A stretch of DNA of 52,065 nt from Vermamoeba vermiformis (lineage: Eukaryota), in NCBI GenBank assembly GCA_045837725.1, contig JBEWZL010000306.1, forward strand, positions 310,001 through 362,065. The letters are read 5' to 3'. The translations under genes were made by a program, and so were the position numbers. Below, piece after piece: positions 38,848 through 51,000 of this stretch (position 1 is the stretch's first letter; every line of letters starts with the position of its first letter). A model generated the notes under the pieces. It searched no databases, was not told the DNA's origin, and saw nothing but the letters and a program-made list of their open reading frames with translations.

Positions 38848-38964
38848 TGCAGTGGCTTTGAATGTGGTGTTTGGTCCATTTAAGATTCGGTGAACCAATT
38901 TGTCTCGTCGCCAAACAAAAGCGGACAAAACGGTGTACATTTTTTGTTTTGGATCTGCTCAAAG

Positions 38965-41900
38965 ATGGCACAAAAGGCATTAATTTTTGCAGTTTTGTTG
39001 CTGGTTGTGGCTTTCGTTGCTTCACAGCCCGGTAAGAGTGGCAGACTTTGAGATGAAGGTCTTAATTTCATACTAATTTATTACTTAGCGAATAATCCTG
39101 TAGCAAATCCCAATGCAATAGTATTGGCTGGCAATGCGCGCTTTACCGTCCTTACAAGGTAAATATCTTTTTCGATCGGTTAACACTTAATCATTTCTCC
39201 TGCAATTAAATCATTCTTGTCGTATTTTCGCATGACAAAAATTGAATTAAATTATTGTCCGGCTAATTATTACTATGACAGTCGTCTGATTCGCATGGAA
39301 TACGATCCGACGAGACAATTTGAAGATAGAGCTAGCTACGTGTTTATTAATCGTAATTTGGATGTGCCTTCATTTACTTCCTCAACAAGCGGCAGTTGGG
39401 TCACTATTACGACCGGCCACGTCGTGTTGCGATACAACACAGATGCGGGACCCTTCGAGAACAATTCCATTTCTGCAGTTATCGATGGAGGACAATTCAA
39501 ATGGGCTCCATTTATGCCAAACAGCGGTAATTTGTTAGGAACTGTGCGTACATTGGACGGCATCGACGGATCGCTTCCTATTGATTGCAAAAATCAACCA
39601 AAATGGGATCTCTTCTGTGCCTATGGTTTAGTCTCACGTGACGGTTGGGTTATTGGTATGCAATATATTATAAATTCAGTTAATAGGTGAATAACCTCTT
39701 GTTCATTCAGTGAACGACACTCAGAGCACACTCTTCAACGGTGACACTGATTGGAATTGGGTTGAGCCCCGCAACCCTCGTGCCGGACAATCTGATTGGT
39801 ACTTGTTCGCGCACGGCCACGACTACCGCGGTGCCATGAAGGAGTACACCAAGGTCGCTGGAAGCATTCCTTTGCCTCCTCGTTCTACTTTTGGCATTTT
39901 CTTCTCACGTTACTGGGGTAGGATGAATGCCACTAATTGAGTACAGCGCGCTAATCTCTTCCGTAACAGCTTACAGCGATGTTGACTTTAAGGACTTGGT
40001 CACGGAGTATGAAACTAACGACGTGCCTCTCGACATGCTCGTGATGGACATGGACTGGCACATTACTTTCTACAAGGAAGCCAGACAAGGAAAGAAAGGT
40101 AGGAGCACTTAATGGGTGTTATTTCACATAGGGCTAAGCATTTTTGGCACAGATCAAGCTAACCAAACCATCGGTTGGACCGGTTACACTTTCGATCCTC
40201 ATCTCTTCCCTAACCCTGGCGCGTTCCTTTCGTGGTTGAACTCGAAGGGCATTCACGCTACGATGAACCTTCATCCTGCTTCTGGCGTTCAGCCCTGGGA
40301 AGAGTTCTATCCCGAAATGGTCAGTGAACATGACTCGTGCACGCTCATTACTAACCTGCTAGTACAGGCTACTGCTATGGGCATCGATCCCAGCACTCAA
40401 AAGTACGTGCCTTTCCACATCACTGACAAGCAGTTCACCGTAAACTTGATGGACATCATGCTGAAGCCTCTGGAAGAGATGGGCATTAGATTCTGGTGGC
40501 TCGGTGAGTAATTATCGCGACAGGATTGTTTGTCTGACCCGAGCAGATTGGCAACAATGGCAGTACACTGAGGTGGTAAACATGAACCCTACTGCTTGGC
40601 TTAACTACGTCTTTATCACCAACTACGCTCGCGTCAAGTCGCAAGAACGACCTGTTATTTTGCATCGATGGGGTGGTCTCGGTAATCACAAGGTACTCTT
40701 TGATACTTGCTCGTTGGACAATGACTTACCACCTCTACAGTTCCCTTGGGGGTTCAGTGGAGACGTCGTTCCTACCTGGGCCTCTCTTCAATTCCAGCCG
40801 TACTTCACGCACACCGCTGCCAACGTTGGCTACATGTGGTCACACGACATTGGCGGTCACACTCGTCCATCACCTCCCGAGCTTTGTACGTATCGATAGT
40901 AGTACTCAGTAGCCGTTCCTAACTCTGATTAATGTAGACACTCGTTGGGTTCAATGGGGTATTTTCAGTCCCGTTTTCAGACCTCATTGCACAAAGGACG
41001 CCGATAATGATCGCAGAATCTGGATCTATCCTTATGAAAACTTCAAGATCATGAAGGACGCTTTCCACTTGCGCGAGAGAATGGTATGAGTATTCTGATC
41101 ACGTGCTTAATTAACACTCTTAATAGATCCCCTACATCTACACCTATGCTAGAAAGACCGCTGATACTGGTGTTACTTTCCTCTACCCGATGTATTACGA
41201 TTATCCCGGTAAGATACATTTCCCTCCTCGTGGAGTTCTTAACTAATTCGCTCCAGAATTCAACGAGGCTTACTCCTTCCGCGATCAATACATGTTCGGC
41301 GAACAGTTGCTGGTTAGTCCTGTCTTAACTCCCATGGATAACATCACCATGTTGTCCCAAAAGACCGTTTGGCTCCCACCAGTAAGCTCTCGCGCATTGC
41401 ATTTGGAGTTGTGTCTAACGTACGACTGCAGGGCAACTGGGTTGAATGGTCGACTGGTCGCGAATACGTTGGCCCCATGAACCTCACTCGCTACTACACT
41501 TTGGATGAAATCCCTGTCTTTGCCAAGTCGGGCACTATTATTCCTATGCGAGGCAAGATCACTACTCTGCTCGGTCAAGCTCAAAAAGAATACACCCACT
41601 TGCACTTCAAAACCTTCTTGGGTAGTGTTCAAGGCGGTTATTTCAATTTGTACGAGGACGAAGGCAACAACATTGATTACATCAGCGGTGCTTCAGCGAG
41701 TAAGTGCTTGTTCGTACGCAATTATAAGTGAGTCTTAACACCTCCTAGACACCAAGATCTCGTACACTTTGCACTCTTCCTCTAGCATCTCTTTCTCCGT
41801 CGACCGTACTGTTGGTAGCTATCCCACACTTCCTACTAATAGGTAGGCAGTAACCATGATGGCACAGGATTTGATTGCTCACCTTCGTTTTAGATCCTAC

Positions 41901-42477
41901 ACGATCGAGTTGGTCGGTTCATACCCTGCTTCAAGCGTCACTGCTAATGGTGTTAATATACCTTATGATCCTAACCACGAATCAACTACTGCTGGCTGGA
42001 GCTACGACGGCAAAACATTGGCGCTAGTCATCCGCTTGCCTGGCCAATACTCAACTTCGAGCAAATTGACTGTACGTATTAACTCTTCTGTGGTCAGTGA
42101 TACTAATTCATCTTGTAGGTTAACGTCAGATTGGCCACTCCCATCGATTCTCAATTAACTTCAGGTGTCTCTGGCTGTTTGCGTCGTCTCGAGAACGTTA
42201 AAGTATTGTGCGACTACAACTTCCCTCAAGTGTTTCAAGAAGATTACACTGCCGTTACTGATGGTGCCGGTTATGGTACGCATTTAAATATCGCATTTCT
42301 GATCGGTTTCTAAACGAATTACCACCAGCAAATGTTATGACCTACTCACCGGAGAAGGTTCCGATGATTCTGTCCAACTTCCAATCCACACTTGCCACTG
42401 CGATCGCCGAGATTAATGCACTGAATTTGCCTTGGAATGTCAAACAAAGTGCTAGTGGCATCCTTTCGACGTGCTAA
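38965..42477 (+). CDS. Secreted glycoside hydrolase family 31 (alpha-glucosidase/xylosidase-like), many exons
   Basis: Signal peptide MAQKALIFAVLLLVVAFVASQP, then GNARFTVLT-SRLIRMEY, SRYW, VMDMDWH, WTGYTFD..LFP, NLHPASG, FWWL-DWQQ, GFSGD, WSHDIGG and YMFGEQLLV. Confidence 0.93.
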
Positions 42478-42524
42478 ATCGAAGTTTAGTTCATAAATAG
42501 TATTTTATTAGATCCAGATCGCGC

Positions 42525-43510
42525 TTATTTTTTCTTCTTCTCGTCGTCTGAAGGAGTGTACGTCTTTTGATAGAAGTTGGAGAACAGCAGAATGAACGAG
42601 ACCATCACTGTTTGGTTAAAAGCCCAAGTACGGAAAGCAGCGTTGTCAAGCGAGTAGGGCACGTTGCATACGTGCGGGAACGGCATAAAAGTCATCATAC
42701 CGTAGAAAAATTGAATGATTTGAGCAGTGGTCAAGTACTTCTTCCACCAGATGCTAGTTCCTTGCGCAGCTTTGTAGTAGTACCAGTACATGAATGAGTG
42801 GATCAGCGCGTTGGCCAGCACTCCGTTTTCAAAATACACAACGCGCTCGCGAAGGAAATACAAGCACAAGGCGATGATGATGATGTGGTGATAGACGTGC
42901 AAGAAGAGAAGTGGGCGTTTCTTCAATACAATGAAAACGGTATCAAACAATTCGTAATACTAGATCGCAATTAATTAGTGAAGATTTTTAAAGTCATAAA
43001 AAATAGCGATTTTATCTTGTTAATTATATGCGCAGTTCAATCATGAATGGTGCATGAAAATATCTTTGGGATAAAAGAGATATTTTTTTGTACCCGATCT
43101 AATTTTCGCAATTTTGCAAGTCTTAATTTCGTACTTACTTTCGAAGCATAGAATAAAAATGCCCAAAACCATAGTCTTCCTTTGTAAATATTGTCTTGGC
43201 CAGGAATCGTTCCTCCGCAGTATGTTTCATAAAATCCATTGTTGAAAAATGAGACGATCAGTTCCCCCACTGATCCCACGAACATAGCCACAGACAAAAC
43301 GAAGAGAATGAGGTTGTGGTATCCAAGTGCTTTGTTACAATTGACGGGAGAGCGTTTTCGCATGACTAGGGTCCCGATCAGAAGAAACACCAAGTAGATC
43401 GGGACAGCAACGATAAACGGAGTCCATGATAGTATGGTTTGTTCGTGCGCCAAGAAGTAATCATCGATTACTTTATTAGAGTAGTTTGAGACCGTTGCAA
43501 GTTGTTCCAT
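42525..43510 (-). CDS. ELOVL: Very-long-chain fatty acid elongase (ELO/GNS1/SUR4 family)
   Basis: HNLIL, FYASK-YYELFDTVFIVLKK, FLHVYHH, HSFMYWYY, KKYLTTAQIIQF, LFSNFY and a C-terminal KKKK ER-retrieval signal. One intron. Confidence 0.95.
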
Positions 43511-44341
43511 GGTGTTTCAGTTAGCAAGATAACGCACACAACAAGAAATAATTGCTTTGTCCCCTTGTCCCATCGCTCATAAGTTGAGGGGCGGAACTAT
43601 TGATGCGATACCCAGGTAATAGAATGTTCTATTAGGTTCGGAGTTCAAACGAAGCCTCAAATGCTTGGTAGAGCTCCAAAACGCTTGAGTGCAACTTAAG
43701 CATTTTCTCTGCTGAGTGAGACGGGCTACCACTTTTGTATATATTATTTTATAATTAGCTCCACGAGATTGCCAGCACTAATTGATATTCCGGCAACATC
43801 CGGCCGGTGAGTTGGATCCACGGGCTAAATATTATTAGAAAAACAAGTAATTTTGGTAAGTTAATATTAGTTGACTTTCGTAAACTGACTTCAATCCAGA
43901 TTAGATTCGAATCTACTCTCCTCAGCGCGTTAATGTCATGAACTGGTGCAATGGTTATGTTTATTGCAATTTACCAGTCCAGTTTTATCGGCGGCAAGGG
44001 ACTAAGCGTCCGATCTAAATTTAACAAAAGTGTCCGATGCAGAACTAAATTTAGACCTTTCAGAGAGCAAGCAATATGTCGGGTAAATCACTGCGTATAG
44101 ACCTCGAACCTTTTCTTAACGAAGCTGGCAGGCGACCTTCCGCTCGTTTTTTGATTACGCTTACGGAAGCGGATGTCAATCGCCAAGATTTAACGAAGAT
44201 TGCTATCCTTTTATGGAACGCATGACTTAAAAGTCATGGATTATATTCCTAATCTCGACCCGAGATATGAATGTCAAAGGAAATTAAGTCAAATGCCAAC
44301 AAGCGGCAATTCACAAAATAGTCCCAATAGCGTCACCACAG

Positions 44342-47300
44342 ATGCGTTCTTTAACTTTACTCGTTCCTTTCATTCTTGGCCTAGCTATACTAGCACAAGG
44401 TAAGTAGCGTCAGCAATGATTAATTACTTGTCGAACCATAATCCACTAACGTCATTGCAGCGGCTCAGCGCTACATTTCACCTACGGGCGACGACGTGCA
44501 AGGTGGCTCTTGCACCAACAGCGGTAGCCCTTGTGCAACTTTAAGTCACGTAATTGGACAGTCCACAAGCGGAGACACAATCAATTTGGGTGCCGGAACG
44601 TATGGTGCGACTGGAAACATGGAGATTACTTTATCGTCAATCAACTTAATTGTGCAAGGCGCTGGCTCTCAGCAATCGACTATCAACCTAAACAATCAAG
44701 GTAATTGCTATATTTGCGTTTGTTTCTTAATTAATGGGCGTGGATGCGGACTCCAAACTTGACAGACATCAATTAATTATATTCATTTTCATTGCTTAAA
44801 AAGGACTTATAAATATGTTATCTAGTCATGATTGCGTTATTCTTGTGCTCATACATACTTGAAATTCCGTCAAATGTCTCCCCAAGTCCCAAGCTAATAT
44901 TTTCTTGACAGGTCGAGCCTTCATCATCACGAACAATGCTCAAATCACTCTCACTGGCCTCACGATTACCAATGGCAACGGCGCAATCAATCCCTACACC
45001 CTCTCTGTTATCGGCGGTGGAATCATCGTCAACAACGCCAAGTTAACGATGACCGACGTGGTGTTGAGTCATTGTTCCGCTTTGCAAGGAGCGGCAACGA
45101 CCCCATCCGGAGGATGCTTATATACAACGGTAATCAAGTTTTCACATCCTCGAGAAGATTAACCGAAAGTTAAACTTCTATTTTAGGATGCTGATCTAAC
45201 GATGACTGATTGCTCGCTATCCAACTGTCATAGTGGTATCGCTGGTGGGTGGTATTCAGGAGGTTCAACAACGGCAGTCTTGGATAAAGTAACGTTTTCA
45301 AATTGCACGACAGCGCCGACCGGCTGGGGTGGTGGATGTACGTAAAGACCCGAAATACAAATAACTCTAATAACTTATCTAGGGGTCCCTAACGACAATA
45401 CGGTCACTGTGATAACCAACTCCGCCTTTGAATACAACACTGCTGGCTACGGTGGAGCTCTGGATGACGGTAATTTAAATTTTCTATTTTTGTAATTTAA
45501 CCAAAAAAGGAAAATTTCTGATTTTCTGTATTTAGGCAGCAGCGCGCACTACAACATAACAAATACTGTCTTTCGTGGCAACTCCGCACAATATGGTGGC
45601 GTGCTCTTCACTTACGGTGTGGCCGTGTCCTACTGGAAAAACTGTTCCTTCTACGAAAACTCCGCGAATAATGCCGGTGGTGTGGTGCGCACTACTTCGT
45701 CGACGAGCTCAACATTTGACAGCTGTTATTTCGAGCACAACACTGCTCTTGGTGGTGGCGGAGTCTTTTCGGCCCTTTCCGACGGAGCGACCGTTGCAAT
45801 TAACTGTGTGTTCCGACGAAATTTCGCTCAACTTAACGGCGGTGCTATCGAACAGAACGGTCCAATGACGGTGTATAACAGTCTCTTCGAAGAGAATTGG
45901 ACCAACTACAAGTCCTCTGTCTATGACATCATCGGTTCGGCGGCAGCAGTGTTCTACAACAACACCATGCGCCGCAACTCTTGCGTCAAAGGAACTATTG
46001 CAGTCGATGCCAACTCTGATTCTCCGTAAGTCAAAAACAAAGTGGATTTTGAATCAACAATTAACGCGTCGTACTTAGTCCAATCGTGTTCGACAACTTG
46101 ATCTTTGACAGCAACACAGCTAGCGAGTCCGCTGGTGCAATGTGGATTTCCAATAGCGCGCAAGTAACGCTTAGCAACTGCCAATTCATGAACGTAAGCA
46201 ATTGTGTCCCCTTGAAATTTCGACGGACTAATTCTGGATTAGAATTCAGCAACTGTCGGTGGTGCGGTTCAAACGCAATCGAGAGCCATGGTGACAATTG
46301 TGGATTCAACATTCACCAACAATCAAGCAACCAAGTATGTAGTTAGTTATATTTGGTGGCGTATTATAGTCATACTGACGATTTCTATCGCAGTGGTGGT
46401 GTTGCTGACTTTGGCGAGGCCAGCGTTGTGACAATTTCTAAGACAACGTTCGAAGACAACATTGCAGTCCTCTACGGCGGCGCTATCTACCATGAGGCAC
46501 TCTCGCAACCGACGTTGATTTCAGTTACTTTCAAGAACAACTCTGCTCAGTTTGGCGGTGCTTACAGCGTCGCTTCGAAGGCCGCTAAGTGCTTCAACAT
46601 GACTCAAGTGAGCTTCATCGGCAACACAGCAGCCGTTGGAGGTGGTGCGATGTACTTCCAAGGCTTTGCCACGGATTGCGACTTCAAGAATCTGTGCAGC
46701 GATTGTGTTATGACGAGCAACACTGCGTTGTATGGCAGCGAGATTGCAAGTTCCCCCTACATGTTGGAGTTCCAGAGCGCGCCTCCATCAGCACTTTCGG
46801 CCTCACAAATCTTTTCGATAACACTTATCCTGCTCGATCAATTCGACCAACAAGTCCAGCAACAAGACGACACGCTTATTGTGGCCTCGCTCGGATCATC
46901 TAATGCCACGCTTCAAGGCATTGTGAATCAACAAGCTTCGATCAACGGCACAGTCACGTTTCAGCTTCTTAAAGTCAATGCTTTCCCCGGCACGCCTATC
47001 AGTCTGATGTTCATGGCAAAGCCTTCGTCTCTAGTCCCTGCCGTTGCGAACATCATCATCTCTGAGTGCCAAGCTAACGCCGTAACGTACTCAGCTGATG
47101 GCCAGTACCATTGCCTCGACGTCAACGGCGTTCAATACGTCACAATAGTGAGCATTTCAGTTATTACTGCCGGTCTCATTCTTTTGTCCATTGGACTGTT
47201 GGTCTTGCTCATTGTCAAGCGCAGACATTCTGTCATTCACAAAGCCAGTCCACCACTCTGCTGGATGATCGTTATTGGTGCCATCATCTGCTACGTTAGT

Positions 47301-48196
47301 GCGTATATGTGGCTCAACACAGAAGACGCGTACTGTGTGCTGCGCATCATCTTGCTCGTCATGGGTTTCTCCCTCATGTACGGCTCGTTCTTCGTGAAGG
47401 AGTGGCGCTTGTACAGGCTGTTCAAGTTTGACAGCTTGAAAATCACCAAGATCTCCGATCTAACGCTCATCAAGATCGTCGCTATTGTCGTCAGTTTTGA
47501 ATTGGCTATTGTTTTGTTCTGGCTCGTCTTCTTCCCATACTTGCAACGAATTGACGTGGACCTCGAGTCATCGCAAGAGACCATCACTTATCGCTGCTAC
47601 TCTGGTGGTTCGCCATTCTTCTACACTCTGATCGCTGTCAATGGTGTGCTTCTACTTTCTGGATGTTTGCTCGCTATTTTAACTCGAAACATTCCTGCCA
47701 ACTACAACGAGAGCAAGTACTTGGCCTTCTCAGTAAGTGTCTTTATTCTATCGCGAATCATAATCTGACATCGCGTTAGGTTTATAATGCTACTCTTACG
47801 CTCTGCGTTATTGTTCCTGTCGCTCACGTACTGACAAAGCCAGACGACATCTCAGTAGCAGTTACGTCGGGTATTTTGTTCTCGACCACTGCCTCGTTAA
47901 TTGCACTGTTCGCACCGAAGTTGCATTTGACCCTTACAAAGGGTGCGATTGTGAGGGCTCTCGACTCGCGATTAGGTACGCACGAATACCATTGCTGTAC
48001 AAGGCGGGAATTAGTCTAATGATTTTACCCCGCAGAAAAATTAGAGAGAGATATTGCATGGATCAGAAAGCAGCGCAGCGAGTTCCGCGAGGATGGCACT
48101 TCAGTCAACTCAAGTCGTACCACTCCTCCCACGACGACAGTTGCAGGCACCATGGGCACGCTGAACACCATGAACACTCTGAATACACAAAATTAA
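44342..48196 (+). CDS. Class C (family 3) GPCR with pectin-lyase-like/POMP-repeat beta-helix ectodomain
   Basis: Signal peptide MRSLTLLVPFILGLAILAQ and repeated FxxN...GG[AV] units. 7TM with IHKASPPLC, YGSFFVKEWRLYRLF, TRNIPANYNESKYLAFS-VYN and LFAPK. Stop at 48194-48196. Confidence 0.88.
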
Positions 48197-50531
48197 ATAT
48201 ATTATTGCTTTACTTGTACTATAGTTATAAACCTCAACACCTTTAACCACTTAACACTCGAATTAGACCTCAATTGCGCAGCGATATTTAGAAAGTTAAG
48301 TCGTTACATATGCACTTACATATATCCCATGGGGAGGATTAAGGTCTGACCCCAGGCTGTCACCAGTAACCCGTTATCGTAAACTCGTACTGGATCATGT
48401 GACCTTAACCTATGATTGATTGGTTGTTCAGGTAATAATACCCCCTAAATGGGTCCCTGCGACGCAGAGATACAGCATGAAAGTTGATGCGGTGTTGAAA
48501 CTGTTCGACATTAGTCCGGTTCACAAAGGTCAAGTGTCAAGATCTTGGATCGGTTGCAAGCCACTTCGGTCCTCACTCACGACGATCTTGCAAAGCACTT
48601 GCACTTGCAAACTGAGGCTATGAGCTGCTCTTGTGCGCAGAAAGACAATGGTAACCACCCAAAGCCTTAAACGTAATAATCAGCGTTTATTTGAACATCA
48701 CCATGAGTGGCACTGCATTTTCGGCAAATATACTTGATACGATACTGAGAACACTTCCAACAGATGTGCGATGTAAGATGCTTTTTGTAAAAACCACAAA
48801 CAGCTGTCCGCCCACTGTTAGTAAACTCTTGAATGTGGACTCGGAGGTGGTGAAGCGTTAGCACTGGTGAATTTGAGTTAACAATGTTTCCATTATTGTC
48901 TCTTGGTCGCCTAAGTGGTGAATCACGTGTTTGAATGGCTGCTTGTGTATCTGTTTAAGTCCAAAAAATTACGAAACGAAAGCTGGCCACTATGAAAAAT
49001 TGCTAAGTCCGTAAATTCAGAAAAAATTGGACATAGTTCAGCCGGTAACCTTAAGAAATTCTTAAAATATAATGTCAAATGGTTGCGATTGGAGTGGTCA
49101 ACCGCAACCGGATCCAGATCCAGATCCATTTTTTTATTTTTGAATTTTGCCATCGCACTTTAACATTTTTGCATTGCTATTTGGTGGTACTATTAATAAT
49201 CAATTTAATTAAGCTTGCTCATTATACTGTAGTGCGACGACTAATTTGGTAGCCACTCACTACCTTAACAAAGTACAACAATCGAGTACCACCATGTTAC
49301 AATATCCTGCTGCTGTTTGGTTAGGTTGTATTTGTATAAATATTACCATGTAGCAATTAGAGCATTAGACTGTGCCTAAATTTTCAAATGTTATTCGTTA
49401 GACAACTCACAAATAAAGTATACTTACCTTACCTTACCTTTGACTTAGCTACTAGAATTGCCATCCTACAAATAAAAAGATTAGAAATGCCCCGCTTTGA
49501 TTTCAATGCTCAATCCCAAAAAGCGGTGAAAAACAGGATGAGGAAGCGTTACCCGCTCCAGGTCAGGTGGATTTAGTTAGGCACTTCCACCTGTCAGTGC
49601 GTTACCTATTAACACCATTGTATGAGACCAAATTCGTACAAGTTTACATAATGACACAACGACTTTCACCACTCTCCAACTCCACTTCTGCCACTACCCT
49701 TCCCCAGTTCTCCACCTCCATTGGTCTACAGTCAGAAAACTCTGAAGCTGTTGTGTCCATTGGTTGCACACCACTGATAGTACTAGTTAACGTAGAGCTA
49801 ATGTCACTAGTCATGTCACTTTGGGTAACTTGAACCTCCAATTCACAGTCCATTTGATCAATGTACTGTATTTGGGATGAATTAAGTGAAGATACATCTG
49901 TGACAGCCAAAAAAATGTAGGATCAGCGGTAAAAAAATTAAATAGCGTTATTGTATAAACATAAAAATTATCAAATAATAAACTATATTCTTTATTATTA
50001 CCCTATTAATATTTGGTGGTGCTTAAAAAGTGATTGGCACGTGAAAAAATAAAAATAAATTTTCATCCGATCCGCTAATAATCTCAGCGGAGGCAGAATA
50101 CAGAATTGAAAGCTAAAACACTATTTATTTATCATATAAATTTTAGGTAAAGCATTATTTTTTGATAGAAGAAGCCACAAATACCACACAGCACAAGTTG
50201 GACATCTGGGTACTATCCGGCACCGTTGCTGTAGGTTGAAGTTGCACACATAAAATAATATGGCTTCATGTGCTATCTCATAATTAATTAATAAACAATC
50301 ATTTCGATTACATTCAATTAAAAAATCGGCGCTAAACTTGATAAATTTTTGCATTTCCGAACACAAAAAGTCAATTTTTTACAACACGAGCACAACACCT
50401 GAAGGTGGCTCTTCGTTCAAAACAAAGCTACAGTATTATATTCATATATGTGAAAGGGCTTGGCCATATAGGGCCAGCCCTGCAGAACCTGACAATAAAT
50501 AGAGATTTGAGTAGGAATTATGCTTGGTGAT

Positions 50532-50594
50532 TTTTTACTTAGGAAAATTTTTACTTAGGAAAATTTTACTAAAGGAAATTTTTACTTAAGAAAA
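50532..50594. repeat. Four imperfect ~16-bp quasi-palindromic tandem repeats (TTTTTACTTAGGAAAA)
   Basis: Copies start at about 50532, 50548, 50564 and 50579. Confidence 0.85.
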
Positions 50595-50656
50595 ACGGAC
50601 CCACCCGCGTAAGTTGGAGAATTCAAAAAAACTAAGTCTCAGTGTACAGTCTTATG

Positions 50657-51000
50657 AAAAAATAAAGTCCTTAGGGGTCGTCTCCACGCGGAGACGATCT
50701 CAAGAAAAAACTAAGTCCTTAGGGGTCGTCTCCACGCGGAGACGATCTCGAGAAAAAACTAAGTCCATAGGGGTCGTCTCCACGCGGAGACGATCTCAAG
50801 AAAAAACTAAGTCCATAGGGGTCGTCTCCACGCGGAGACGATCTCAAGAAAAAACTAAGTCCTTAGGGGTCGTCTCCGCGTGGAGACGATGTTGCAAAAA
50901 AACTAAGTCCGTAGGGGTCGTCTCCACGTGGAGACGATCTCGAGAAAAAACAAAGTCCATAGGGGTCGTCTCCACGTGGAGACGATCTGGCAAAAAAACT
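50657..51000. repeat. Tandem array of 7 x 48-bp units, each with a hairpin TCGTCTCC-NNNN-GGAGACGA
   Basis: AAGTCC recurs at 50665, 50713, 50761, 50809, 50857, 50905 and 50953, an exact 48-bp period. Confidence 0.97.

Noticed and set aside
19858-48196. Fragmented ORFs as pseudogenes or frameshifts
   Set aside because: The breaks that were checked coincide with phase-consistent spliceosomal introns.
49420-49430. U1 snRNA 5' end (ATACTTACCT)
   Set aside because: No U1-70K loop, AUUGCAC loop or Sm site follows. It is better explained as the complement of minus-strand splice donors.
50671-50990. Telomeric repeats (TTAGGGG) or synthetic BsmBI (CGTCTC/GAGACG) cloning sites in the array
   Set aside because: TTAGGGG occurs singly and in only some units. 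The BsmBI sites are just the arms of the palindrome, and there is no vector sequence.
50657-51000. CRISPR array interpretation of the 48-bp repeats
   Set aside because: There are no unique spacers (only a few variable bases per unit), no cas genes, and the context is eukaryotic.
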